A stretch of 64,000 nt of DNA from Penicillus capitatus (taxonomy: Eukaryota > Plantae > Chlorophyta): contig OZ287707.1 in NCBI GenBank assembly GCA_965649825.1, forward strand, positions 736,292 through 800,291, read 5' to 3'. Positions 46,744 through 58,592 of this stretch are shown one piece after another. The notes beneath the pieces were generated by a model. That model was not told the origin of the DNA. It searched no databases and saw only the letters and a program-made list of their open reading frames with translations. Position 1 is the first letter of the stretch, and each line of letters begins with the position of its first letter. The position numbers and the translations under genes are program-made.

Positions 46744-48522
46744 CTATGTACCAGGAATGCCTAAGAATCCTGCTTTCTCTAGAAAGGCGTTCAGTTCTTC
46801 ATCGCTGTTAGCATCCAGCTCTGGGATTTCCCGATCGAAATGCTTTGCGATCGCTTCCATCACTTCGAGGTCGTCACCCTGTGGGGCAGATACAGAAAAC
46901 AAAGAGAGATAGAGTAGCTTAGTACCCGATCGCGTTCGACATCGGCGAGATTGAAGGCCACTCCGCGTCGTCGAAATCGTCCACTTCTGCCAACTCGATG
47001 AAGGTAAGTTTCGTAAGCAGGTTCACCCGTTTCGTAAATCCTGGGAATGTCGAAGTTGATGACAACATTCACCTAACAGATCAGAATTGCAACGATCCGA
47101 TTTCGATGGAGAGTGGACAGACATCGAAGACATCGAATCCACGAGCCAAGACATCGGTAGAGACCAAGATGCTTGTCACAGATTTCCGGAACTCGTCGAT
47201 CACCCGATCCCGATCGTCGAAATCCATTTCTCCAGAAATGGCCGTCACACTCCAACCGTAGCCTGTACAGCACGATCCACGACGCCCCACTTTAAGTCAG
47301 TCTCACGTCCAAGGACTTTGTGCAGCGTCCGTGCTGAAGACCGTGTGCGCACAAAAATGATACACTTTCCATTTGTACAGCATTCCAGGATGCGTTCGCT
47401 GACAACTCTGATCTTGTCATAATATCCATCCACCTTGACAACCACCTGAGCGATCGTATCCAACGAGAGCTCCTCCTTTGGCAAGTAGATCTGTCACATC
47501 AATCTTCCATTCCAGAATGGATCGATGATCAGGGGCGTCGTTGCCTTCTGAACGTCATGTCTCTGAGGGAACGTCGAAAAAATGATCTGCGCGTGCTGCT
47601 TAACCTTCTCGTTAAAGGTCGCCGAGAAGAGTAGAATCTGAGGCGAATCTGTTTCCCCATGCAGTTGGATCAGTAGCATCATGCTCTCGGTCTTGAAACC
47701 ATCCTGATCCAACATGACGTCCGCTTCATCAAAAACCACAACTTTTAAATGCTTGAAAGACAGCCGTCCCTGCGCTCTCCACCTCAACAATGTTCCCATC
47801 GTACTCACAACCACCTGGATGCGGTATTAGTTGAGCAGATAGGCGGAATCCTTGCCATTTCGGTAATGGGCCGCCGGAGCTTGTCGATTTCAGTCGATCG
47901 GCCTGTAGAAATGGTCGTCACACCTGTGTGCCCTCCCATCTTCCGAACCACGTCTTCGTTCTGAATGGCCAACTCCCGTGTCGGGACAACGATCAAAGCC
48001 TGGGGTTCGCGAGTCTTATATTCCAGGCGCGTCAAGATACAGAGAACGAAGCAACACGTCTTGCCAGAGCCATTTTGCGCCTGTTATCATTTTTCCACGA
48101 AATTACTCACTCCCCTTAGTGCCAGATTCCACCTGTGCCACGATTGAGTGGAATGGCGATTTGCAGATCAATGGCAATGAGAGCGCTTGAATCTCGGATG
48201 GCCGATCGAAACGCATTTCCGAGTAGAGGCCCCTCAAGACGTCTTCAGGGAGATTGAATGCTTCAAACGACGTAACTTCGCGCGCTTCAAAGATCGCGTT
48301 ATGTACATAGGTCTTCTTGAGAAGCTCTTCTGTCCAGTCGTCCGGCCGTTCGGAGACCTGATGCCGCAGAACATCGTCTCAGAGCAATCGAAGATGCTAT
48401 CTTTTTACCTCCTCCCCATGCGTAGACGTGACTTGCTCGAAACGGGATGGTGTGGGGAGAGGGTGAACAAGGGCTGCCGTCAACGGAGGTGGTAGTTCAG
48501 GAAACGCGAAGGGAAACGCCAT
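46744..48522 (-). CDS. DBP5: DEAD-box RNA helicase DDX19/Dbp5/LOS4 type
   Basis: [48 protein letters not shown]. Confidence 0.93.
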
Positions 48523-48678
48523 TTCGATAAACGACACCTTTGACGACAGCAAACGATCGGACAGGATAGGACAAGAGCGTTCGCGGTACAATGACACGCG
48601 TTCTCACTGAACACGTTATCACGGAGAAAAGACGAACCCTTTCAGGCGGTTATCTCTCAGCGCACGAACATACCATTC

Positions 48679-49700
48679 TCAAAAATCAAGCCATTTGTCA
48701 AAGTACACGCAGAGCTCCGGCGAAATGTGTCCACCCGGTCGACAGTCGTGGAACACGGGACAGACGCCGCAGGGAAGAGAAGTGAGGGCGGATGATTCGG
48801 GAAGAGTGAGGAGAGTGGGGCGGTAATGCACGCCGTCAGGCGATTCCACTTCATCGATGCGGCCTTCATAGACAAGAGTGTCCAACACACTCTTGACATT
48901 CTCATCGCGCAAATGCACTTTAGAAAGGCGCTTGTCTTTGATAAACGACGAGATCTCTGCCAGAGAAGCCGTACCAGAAAGCGTGATCTTCTTGTAACAT
49001 GCTTTGCGCAGAACTTCAATGAATTCCGTGTCTTTTTCCGTATCGGTGTACCTGAGGTGGCAAAAAGGCGTAAAGGTAGGTGTCTTGTCTTGGGAATTAA
49101 TACCAGGCGCCACCGGTGAGATGCTCTGCTGGCTCCAGTGTAAAGAGAATGTACATTTTGCGGGTTTTGTTCTCGACGGGACGGAATGTCTTGACGAGAT
49201 GACGGTTTTCTAGATTCTTCAGAATCTTATTCAGAACAGGCTGTGCAAATTTCGTTCGGTATCGCAGATCCCTCGTCCAGATGCCTACAATCCACTCCTC
49301 TATGTCACGCGCCTCCCTTTTTGCCATCTACCCGAGTTGCCCGTCTGTTCGATGGTTTGGTAAACGAGAATGTCTTCCGGAGTCAGACCTCGAAATCTAA
49401 ACCGCTTGAGGCATAACAATCGAGGAAAGGGCATTCACTTGACGGCCTGTTCCAAATTGACGAGTTTATAGACCAATCCATCCCCTGAGCTAAAGAGTTC
49501 GATGCGTGAGGTCTGGAGGAGTTTGTTGATCGTCGCTGCACGTTCTTGCAGGGACAGTTTGTGTCCCACCTCTTCATGCAACGTCTCATCGTTCACTCCC
49601 TTCAGCGAAGATGCCGTCATAGACGACGTCGGCAGGATAGACAGACGTCTGGGTGTTTTTTGCAGACATCGAGAATGAGCTTTTCGGCATCGGTGGCCAT
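48679..49700 (-). CDS. RPC6: RNA polymerase III subunit RPC6/RPC34
   Basis: INKLLQTSRIELF, GIWTRDLRYRT, KILKNLENRHLVK, EHLTGGAWY, C-terminal Fe-S motif PCGVCPVFHDC...CVYFDKWLDF. Confidence 0.94.
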
Positions 49701-49746
49701 GATATGGAACAGATGATCGCGTCGATGACGACATGAATGCGCGCCG

Positions 49747-50942
49747 ATGGCGATCGACATCACCGATGAATTTCGAGCCTTGGCGAGACGGACCGTCAAG
49801 AAGGTTTCCCTGTCGGACGCATGTGTTTCTTCTCTCATAAGATATCATTTCGGCGCAGGAAGGCAAAGGCGTCGACCAGTCCATACTACGTCCAGTGCGT
49901 CGACCGACAGAGTTCACGATGACAGTCCAAGACGTCGTATGTGTTCCACTCCTGTATCTGTGATGTAAAAAGAGATGCGACCCGCGACAGAGTCTCCAGA
50001 TTTCGAAGAGTCTTCACTTCATGCAGGGCTATCACCAGAAATACGTGATTCCAGGCGGGTTCTCCCAATGGCATAAGAATGATCTTTTGACATTTGGATG
50101 CACAGGAATGATATCGGATGCGGAGCGGGACAAAGTGGAGGCAGAGATGGTGTCCTTTATCAAATCGTGCTCCACCAGTGTTGAGCATTTGAGCCGAACG
50201 GTGGCGGCCATGCAGGAGAAGAGAATCGTTGGGCAGCTGGATATCAGCGAACAGGCACTTGCACATCGTCATGGGATGGTACGCCTCGAGAGGTCAGTTG
50301 TGGCGATTTCTTCGCTTTCTTCACCGCGTCAAGACCTCTCACACATTTCTCTTGTCACATCACTATGGTGTTAGGTGCTCATTGTCAGCGAAGAGCTAAA
50401 AGAGTTGACACTTTTGCTGGACAAGTATCGCTCCGAACACGCCATTCAGCTCAAAACGCTTACAGAGAGACGTCTAAGGCAACAAAGAAAACAGGAAACG
50501 AAACTCAAGACACTCAAACAGGACCACGTAAACTGCTCGCAACTCGTTGCCGTCTGCAGAAATGTCTTTTTAGGAGATACTGGCATCACGGTCAGAGATT
50601 GCAGAAGAGAGTGGAAGCGCGTTGCAGCAGGAAATGCTGCAGCATGAGAATCAAGCCCTGTTCGAAGAACTGACGAATCTTTCCTCCCGCGTCCACGATA
50701 CGGAGAAGATGATGATCGAGATTGCGACACTGAATCAGATGCTGTCATCACAGATCATGAACCAGTCAGAGCAGATCGAACAGGTCTACACCGATGCTAT
50801 TCAGGCATCCTTCAATATGACCAGAGGAAACGTGCATTTGAAAAAAGCAGTGGATCTCAATAAGAGCACAATGAAATACGTCGCCGTCATTCTGATCTTG
50901 GCATCTCTCACTCTTCTGTTCTTTGATCGATTTTACAGCTGA
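49747..50942 (+). CDS. SYP81: Syntaxin-18/SYP81 (ER Qa-SNARE)
   Basis: DITDEFR start, MISDAERDKVEAE, AHRHGMV|LIVSEELK, SNARE motif IEIATLNQMLSSQIMNQSEQIE...GNVHL, C-terminal TM ending FFDRFYS. Confidence 0.9.
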
Positions 50943-50952
50943 TCATGGAATC

Positions 50953-51777
50953 TCATCTGGACGATGATTGCCGGAGATATTCTTGCATGGACTGCAAAGA
51001 CTGATGAACAAAGCGAGACTGTAGAAGATAAACAATGGGGTAACCCACGAAACTCAGAATATGATCTGGACGCGAATAGCTGTAAATCTCATACCTACAA
51101 ACGCGGCATGACTGAGCCAAAGAAGGCTGAAGAGATAGCGAGCTACGTGACATTGTTCGTCACTGGATTCCAGTCCAGTGCAAAACGTTCTTCTCCGGCC
51201 AGTAGATGGCCATGGAGTGATGTGGTGCCATATGCAAAGCGTTTCCCTCCGTGCAATGTCTTTTCGGCATCGTCAACGTACTCGACACGCAACGGATTGG
51301 CCACCCATGGCAGGCAAACCTGTTGAGCCCAATCTGTGCAGGAGATCACCAGACAGACGATCGGACTCTGGTGAAATTGCAGTAGACATGCCAATTGTGC
51401 AATGGAGTGTCCAGGGGGACAAACGCCCATTTGAGTTGAAAATGTCCCCATCTCTTCATCAGAGACCTCGCTCTTTGAAAATCGTCTTTCCCTCTTCCAA
51501 TCTGCAGATCACAGCCGCATCGATCATTCTTTCCACTGGAGTCATTCACGCACCACTAAAGACTCCTCGACGACGCGCCAAAAGGCAGATCGAATGGCAT
51601 GAGTAAGGGGTGGTGCCGTGCGCGTTCCTCCCGGAAATGCATGATTTGGACCTAGCCTACGAAAACGTATCGTCAAGCAGGTGCATGTCTATTTTGCTAA
51701 GCTCTATACTCTTTGGCACGCTGACAGAGCCGAATTTCCTGATCGCGACGTGGACGACCGAGAGTGATCAAGACCAT
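50953..51777 (-). CDS. DUF1990/UPF0548 protein (At2g17695-like)
   Basis: MVLITLGRP start, GRGKDDFQRARSLMKRWGHFQLKWAFV, LPWVANPLRVEYV, GHLLAGEERF, YEIYSYSRPDH. Confidence 0.88.
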
Positions 51778-51785
51778 CCCGCAGA

Positions 51786-52923
51786 ATGACGTTTACGAGC
51801 AAGGAATCGTCAGTGCGTCATGTATGGATGCGACGAAGCAGCTGGTGCCGAGCGACGTCGAAACCGGTGAAGCATCTCCCCGTCGATCGATCCACGACTC
51901 GACGACGTGCCCGTTTCCGACCTTGTATCGATATCCACAAGGCACACGGCTTCGTATGGCACTCCCCATACCATCGTGCCCTCCTTAGGGGAAGGTGAAG
52001 CAGATTGTGGGATCCACTTTAAGCGACAAACGCAAGAAGAGGCGAGGATATGTGATGCGACGGGACATCCAATCCCGAGTTTGTGTGCAGTGAAGATCTG
52101 GTGACGAATTTTGTCTCGGAGAGACCGGCAGAATGGTACAGTCATCTGTATCGATCAGATGATCTAACGGGTGGACACATTGTGATGCTGGACCGAGACC
52201 CAGCGACAAGGTTCATGTGATAACGGATACATGGTCTGTAAGTAGAAATGGTGTTTAGAGAAATGGCACTTAGAGCAGTACAGGCATGGCCTGGCGGTAT
52301 GCATGTTGGGGGAGGAATCTCTCCGGACAATGCGCACGTCTTCTTGGATGGCGGTGCCAGTCACATCATTGTCACATCTTACGTTTTCCACAATGCTCGA
52401 CTCGATGCTGAGCGATTGCAGTCCCTCGTCGTACACGGCAGACCTTCTTCTGCTTGAGATAGGCCGGTGTTTAGGTGAAGACGGTGGGTACCAGCAGGAT
52501 CGTCTTGGATCTCAGTTGCCGTTTCAGGGATGGCCGTTACTGGGTCGTCACAGACCGATGGCAGAAATTTAGTGAATTGGCGGTCGATGGTGCTACACTC
52601 GAGCATCTCTCTTCGTTCTGTGATGAGTTTCTCGTTCATGGGGTGGATGTGGAGGGCAAGCAGTGTGGCATCGATGAAGATCTCATAGGCATCTTAGGTG
52701 ACGTCTCACCTATCTGTGTGACATATGCCGGCGGCGTGAAAGACACGGTCACTCTTACGATCACACTTCTGCCAAACTGGGATCGTCTTTTCAGGAGGAC
52801 TTGGAGAGAGTGTCTATCGCAGGAAAGGACCGAGTTGATGTGACAGTTGGCAGTGCTTTGGATATCTTCGGCGGGTCTCTTAAGTATGAGGACGTGATTC
52901 AGTGGCATTGCAGATCAGACTAA
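51786..52923 (+). CDS. HISN3: 5'-ProFAR isomerase (HisA/HIS6/HISN3), plastid
   Basis: [81 protein letters not shown]. Start at 51786 or 51828. Confidence 0.96.
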
Positions 52924-53035
52924 AGAGAAGGCATCATCAAAGGCTGTTTCCAAACACCATTTTTCTGGAACTCATAGTTTCTGCCCAGAGAAAGGATCCG
53001 ATTATTGAGCAACGGCCTTCGGCTTCAACCATGCT

Positions 53036-53885
53036 CTATTTGCTCTTCGATTCTTCTCCATTGGGAGAAGCAGCGTGCTGCTGCACTTGCTGTGTCATCT
53101 CCGCCGCCTTTTCTTGAGCCTAGACAACAACGGTCTCTTTCGCAGAGCAGCGTGCGTGTTGCTAGGCGTTACGAGTTTTAATGCCTGTTCTGCAATGTCT
53201 GGACCGTACGCTTGGGCCAGTGACAACGCCGTTCCCACATAGGAGCTCTCAATCACCTAAAGGCATATTATGAAAAGACAGGTGGGGGTTACCACACATC
53301 GCCGTTTACCGTCTGAGCTGTTTTGAAAACGGGGTCAATCCGGTATCCATACTTTACAAGCAGCGGCTTCAGGTATTTATCATACAAAACCTTAGCCCCC
53401 TGACACACTCTATTCTCAGGACGACTATTTATCACTCTGTTGCGATGCGTACCATAAACTGAGGCGCCATCAGCCAGACAATGAAGACCAACTGAACCTC
53501 ATAGAACAACGGAATCCTGTTGGAGCACAATGAACAGTGCTCCAGAATAGCAATAGGTTACCATCCAAGGATAAACCCAAAGAGACTGTCAGCAGTCGAG
53601 ATGACGGAGTAGACCACCCAATACGTCAACCACTGCGCAAAGATGTCGAACAACGACGCTTGCGAAATCGAAACGCACTTGGATATCGTCCGACGGGTCT
53701 TTCGTCTCCAACGCCTTGAAACTCGCATACCTAGAAGACGTTTTACTTTTTATTCCATTTAGAAAGAGCCTACGCGGGATAGACGAATCCAACGATGTGG
53801 CTAAAGCGACAGAGAAGGATCGTTAGATAGGTAAGAAGAGATAGCAGCCTTGCCAGAGATAGTGTGTGATTCCTAGAGACAACAT
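53036..53885 (-). CDS. HVA22/REEP5/YOP1 family ER-shaping protein
   Basis: Spliced VGFVYPAYASFKALE...DDIQ|WLTYWVVYS...IPLFYEVQLVFIVWL.APQF|GAKVLYDKYLKP. The first intron is GC-AG. Confidence 0.9.
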
Positions 53886-54069
53886 CTTGCGCAAAACACG
53901 TGAGGAATAGCCGCGGTGCTGAACGCTTTGATAATTGAGTTCGAGGCAACCCGGTCATCGTATCAGGGCTGACACGACCGTGATGTGACGTCCATCCATC
54001 CACGGTATATGAAGCCGACTGGCGATCGATCGATGATGTGTCCAGGAAAGCGCCGTCTTTTGTGAGGGC

Positions 54070-57000
54070 ATGGCTGGTAGCGCTCCGAGGTTCCACCCTA
54101 GACGTGTTTCGTCCGAACACGTCATCTCAAAGTATGGAGAATGGGAGAGACCATCGGAGATAGCGGCGAAATCTTCGACGCTCTATTTCCGAAGTCATCA
54201 CGAAACGCCGGTCCTCAAGACACGCATCGGCGACCTGCACGAATTCGGTGAAGGCCATACGCTTTACTTCTTCTTCCTGCAGTTCATCAGTCGTCTCTTC
54301 TTTTTCCTCTTTCTCTTCTCCGGGCTGCCAACCATGGTCATCAGCATGATTGGAAATTTCTACGAAGGCGATGTGAGGTGATCGACGTCTGACGCGTTCG
54401 AACTCTTGTCTGTTTGACAGGGACTTGGTCTGGACTCGGCCACCCTCGGCAACATCGGTCATCTTCGTCATCTCAACACATCCATCTCCAATTTCACAAC
54501 AGATATCAGCAGTGCCACTATTCGACAGTGACGGTGCGGTGGTAGGTGAAGTGATGGATGGTCGTTGCAGGTGTGGAGAATGAACGCGCCTTTGTCCGTG
54601 CCTTTCGCCATCGCACGAATGGCACACTCGCGGAACTGTTCAGCAACAGCCCCCTATCCAAACAGGACAGTCTTGTCTTCATCTCCATTCTGGATGCATT
54701 CGGGTAAAGATGGCCACCTCTGCAGCGAATGGTGTTTTGGAGAAATGCTGTTCGAAGGGCTGTCTTCTTCTTCGTCGGGGTCACAATTCTGTCCAGGATT
54801 CAGGAGCGCCTGTCGGCAGATGTCGAATCCAATACAGTGACGGTGGCGGACTACGCCGTTCGCGTTGAGAATCTACCTGCCGATACGACGACGCAGGAGT
54901 TGAGAGAGTTCTTCTCTGTATGGGGAACGGTCCACTCGACGGAACTCGTCAAGACGGATTGCGAATTGATCGAGAGAGCACGCATCGACAAAGCAATTGC
55001 CGAAAACGTAAGGGTGTCCATTGCCCGCGCAGCAAGGCAGGCCACAAAGGTAGGTATTCGTTTCTGCGGCAGCGTCGACTGGATGATACCGCAGCGTCCG
55101 AACGGGAAGATCTCTTTGGTTCCGCTTGTGCGCATCAAGATTCAGGAGAAGAGGCAAGAGAGGGCGGGTAACTATACAAGGAATCTTTACACCGAGCGCC
55201 AATCGGCGAAGGTTGTTTGTGCGTTCGTGACGATGGAGAGTGCACAGCAACGCATCGACGTATTGAATGCCTACCCCAAAAGCTTCGGCAGACGATTGTT
55301 CATGCGTCGTGATCGCCGTTTCCGAAATCGCTATCGCATCAAAGTATTTGATAACCGTCTCTTGCCATACCACACGTAGCTATCGATAGATGTCCCCTCT
55401 AGGCGCTTTCTGCACCGGAGCCGGCGGATATTATTTGGGAGAATCTGCAGTTTGGCTTCTTGAATCGAAAATTTCGCAGAGCGGTGACGACGAGCGTAAA
55501 GTACATGGCGCTGTTGGTTGGCTTTATCATCGTCAACCTCTCAACCTCTCTGCGGCACAACAATCCATCCACCATGGATCAGGATCAGTGCGACGACGAC
55601 TGCGGCTACTTTACAGGAGACACGTTCTCGCTGACAGGCGATCTGAAAGACACATACAAGGATTGCTACAAAGCGTCATCAGCCGATTGCTCGATACTCG
55701 AATCCTCGTGCTACCAATGCTACTGCGACAATGCGATGATCAAGGGACTGGATCGCGATGAGAGTGGATACTGTTCAACCTATCTGGCCGATTTCGCCAC
55801 AGCCACTTTCAGCGAAGTCCTCTCCGTGATCGGTTCGCCACTGTCGTCTTGAAAGTACCTCGACGGAGAGAACGCACTTAGGCATTGTTTTTGTCAACCT
55901 CTCGCTGGCGGCGGTCGCCACGCGTCTGTCCAAAAGCGAGCGACATCCGACGAGAATTCTTGAAGAGACATCCACTGCCTCGGCCCTCTTTCTCTTTCTA
56001 TTCATAAACACGGCCGTGTCGACACTCGTTGCGACGACACACATTCCTCGCCTGACCCACTGGGCCAAACGCAGTTCTCTGAAGGGACATCTCTTTGCTG
56101 GCGTCTACGTTGACACGACACCGAACTGGTATCGAGAGGTCGGTCGGAGTCTCATGATCACGATGATCGTGCATTCGGCCGCCAGATTTGTCAGAATCAT
56201 CGTGCGATGGCTGATCTACAAAGTCAAATTCTGTTGCCGCGGGAGAGCACTGACACAGAACCAGCTCAACAACGCTTACATGGGGCCAGAATTCACACTG
56301 GCTCCTCGTTATGGCGAGCTCCTCAATCTCATCTTCGTTGCCATGTTCTTTGGAGGAGGTCTGTTTCTACTGGAGACCTTCTCTCCTTCCAAGATTGCCT
56401 TTAGGTATTCCTCTGCTCTATCTGCTGACAGCGATCTCATTCAAACTGCAGTTCATGGTCGAAAAGGCCGAGCTTCTTCGCTTAAGTCAGCGACCCCCGA
56501 GTTTTGGCCGGGATCTGGCTAGAATGGTTGGATGGTTGCTGCCATATGCCACATTATTGCACTGTGGTTTTTCTGCCTGGGCTTTCTCTTTTCAGAAGAC
56601 CTCACGTAGTCCCTTGGTCACTCAATCTGCAGAGGAATGGGCAGAGTGGATCGAAATCGTCATTGGATACATCACGAAGGGAGGAGACAAGAATCGGAAA
56701 CAGCAAGCTCGGCGTTTTGGTGCACGCCTCATGCAAGCGACCTCTGCTCACCACGTCATCCTCTTTCTCATCTTTGCCTGCATACTTCTCGCCAGAGTAA
56801 GCGGATCTCACACCTCACTCTTTTTGAAGAGACATGTCACTCAGTTAACGATGTCTATTTGGGTAGCCGCCGTCAAGAAGATGTGTTCATTTCTGGGAGT
56901 CATTAAAGATACTGGACTGCTCAATTGCGACAGCCGTCGTTTGCCGGACATTTCCAGTGCGATATCGTCGGGATTGCTCATTGGCCCCACCTCCTATTCG

Positions 57001-57162
57001 CTAAGAAGCAACCCCAAATACTTGGGTGCGTTGCCGACCAAGACATGGACGACAGAAGACACTGAACTGCTGTCGTCTCCCATCAGCGTCACCCAGGACG
57101 AGACGCCATTTCTCATCGAACACAGATCGCCGTCATGCGAATCTGGATCCGACTCTGCGTAG
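54070..57162 (+). CDS. OSCA/TMEM63 (CSC1)-like mechanosensitive/osmosensitive channel, divergent
   Basis: GHTLYFFFLQF, TVADYAVRVENLP, CAFVTME, EPADIIWENL, YMGPEFTLAPRYGELL, multiple TM segments, Cys-rich loop. Confidence 0.8.
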
Positions 57163-57360
57163 GCGGCGCTGCCAGTTTTTTGAAACAATTGTGCACGTGT
57201 AACGTGATCCTATCCATCCATCTATCGATCCATCTCGCACGGCGCTATGAGAAGAGGTGTTCCATTCGGCGATTATGTGACAACGACGTTCGTGCTTGTT
57301 CGTCTGTCGTAGCTGCGTTTCGTGGTCATCGATCGAACGACGATCGTCGACAATCGACAC

Positions 57361-58442
57361 ATGGATCGAACGATCCGCAAGAAGAGCACCGTCACGAAAG
57401 CCACGTCTTCAAGATCTTCTGCCATGCCGTGGAGGTCTGCACAATTTTTTCTTTTTTCCCTCCATAAAAACAAAGCTGTATGTCTCGTGCAGGAATATGT
57501 GGCGCTGCGCAGAAGCTATTGCTATACGGCGGGATTTGTCATCTTTACTACTGTCTATCTCCTCACCCTATACTTTGCAGTATCGCTCAATACCACGAAT
57601 CCTCCGGCGTCTGCGTTTCTAAAGCCGTCGGGCAATAGGGATCGCGTCGACACTGCTTTGAAGTGCGCAGCAGTCTGCGCGAAGCGTTTGTCCCTGGACC
57701 CTCGATGCACACAACTTTTCACAACAACGATCAGATGCTCGCCTATATCGCACAGGCTGTCGTCTTGCCCGTTTGGCAAGATCCCGTCTGCGGCGACGAC
57801 AAATGCGAATGGCCTTGGGAATTCCCGGCCTTCGGTCGCTTCGGTTGTCGGGCAGATTGCGGAGAAGAGAAGAATACCACTCGGATCATGATCCAAATCA
57901 AAGCCAACTTTGCTGGGCAGATCTCGCCAAGTCCACGGATCCTCATGTCGAATGCCAGATGGAATCTGTGCCTTGACGATCCGGAGCGTCAAAAACGCGG
58001 ACAGGAGGAACTCTGTTGGTGCGTTCGTGCCTCCTCTGAACGTCCTTAACGGTCAGGAACGACGCGAGGGGCTTAGGTTTGCCGAAGATCAGAGATTTAC
58101 AGAGGTGGTTGCGCTTCGTTTAGAAACAATGAATGTGATTCAGGGAGAATGGACTGTTCGTGTCAAAGGCGACTATGCGCGCAAAGTCCATGGGCAGGTG
58201 TTTGACATCTCCAATGCTTCGAATCCTGTTCCGATCGATACCCACGTACGCACATCACTCGGCCAGTACGCAATCTTATCACACTTTGATGAATGTAGCC
58301 ACCATGGACGAGATGCCGACCAGAAAAGAACAGCGTATCACACATGTCTGCCGAAATCGAACATGGACAACGCAAATTGAAAGCACTTTTACTTATTCCC
58401 TACGCTAAGTCGAATCGTCGACAGAAAAAAGTGACCCTATGA
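57361..58442 (+). CDS. Polycystin/TRPP-like N-terminal fragment (first TM plus Cys-rich ectodomain), no pore domain; possibly a pseudogene
   Basis: TM AGFVIFTTVYLLTLYF, then WQDPVCGDDKCEWPWEFPAFGRFGCRADCG and WNLC, motifs recalled from large chlorophyte polycystin-type channels. The spliced frame stops at 58440-58442. Start uncertain (57135-57361). Confidence 0.5.
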
Positions 58443-58592
58443 TCAGAGACCTCTGGAAAGAATTGAAACGCTGTTCGAGTCACTCTACGATTCATATCTT
58501 TTCGGCACAGCATCCATCTCATGATCAAAAATAGCAGACAGAGACAGAGACGATAAATGCGCGTCATGCAGAGGACTTAGGATTGAGACGCT

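Noticed and set aside
50964-51606. Plus-strand ORFs 50964-51326 and 51178-51606
   Set aside because: Antisense to the DUF1990 gene, which has clear family motifs on the minus strand.
57150-57270. OSCA-polycystin fusion through a donor at GC|GTAGGC
   Set aside because: It needs a ~97-nt intron with a purine-rich, poor acceptor. Kept only as a testable alternative in the findings.
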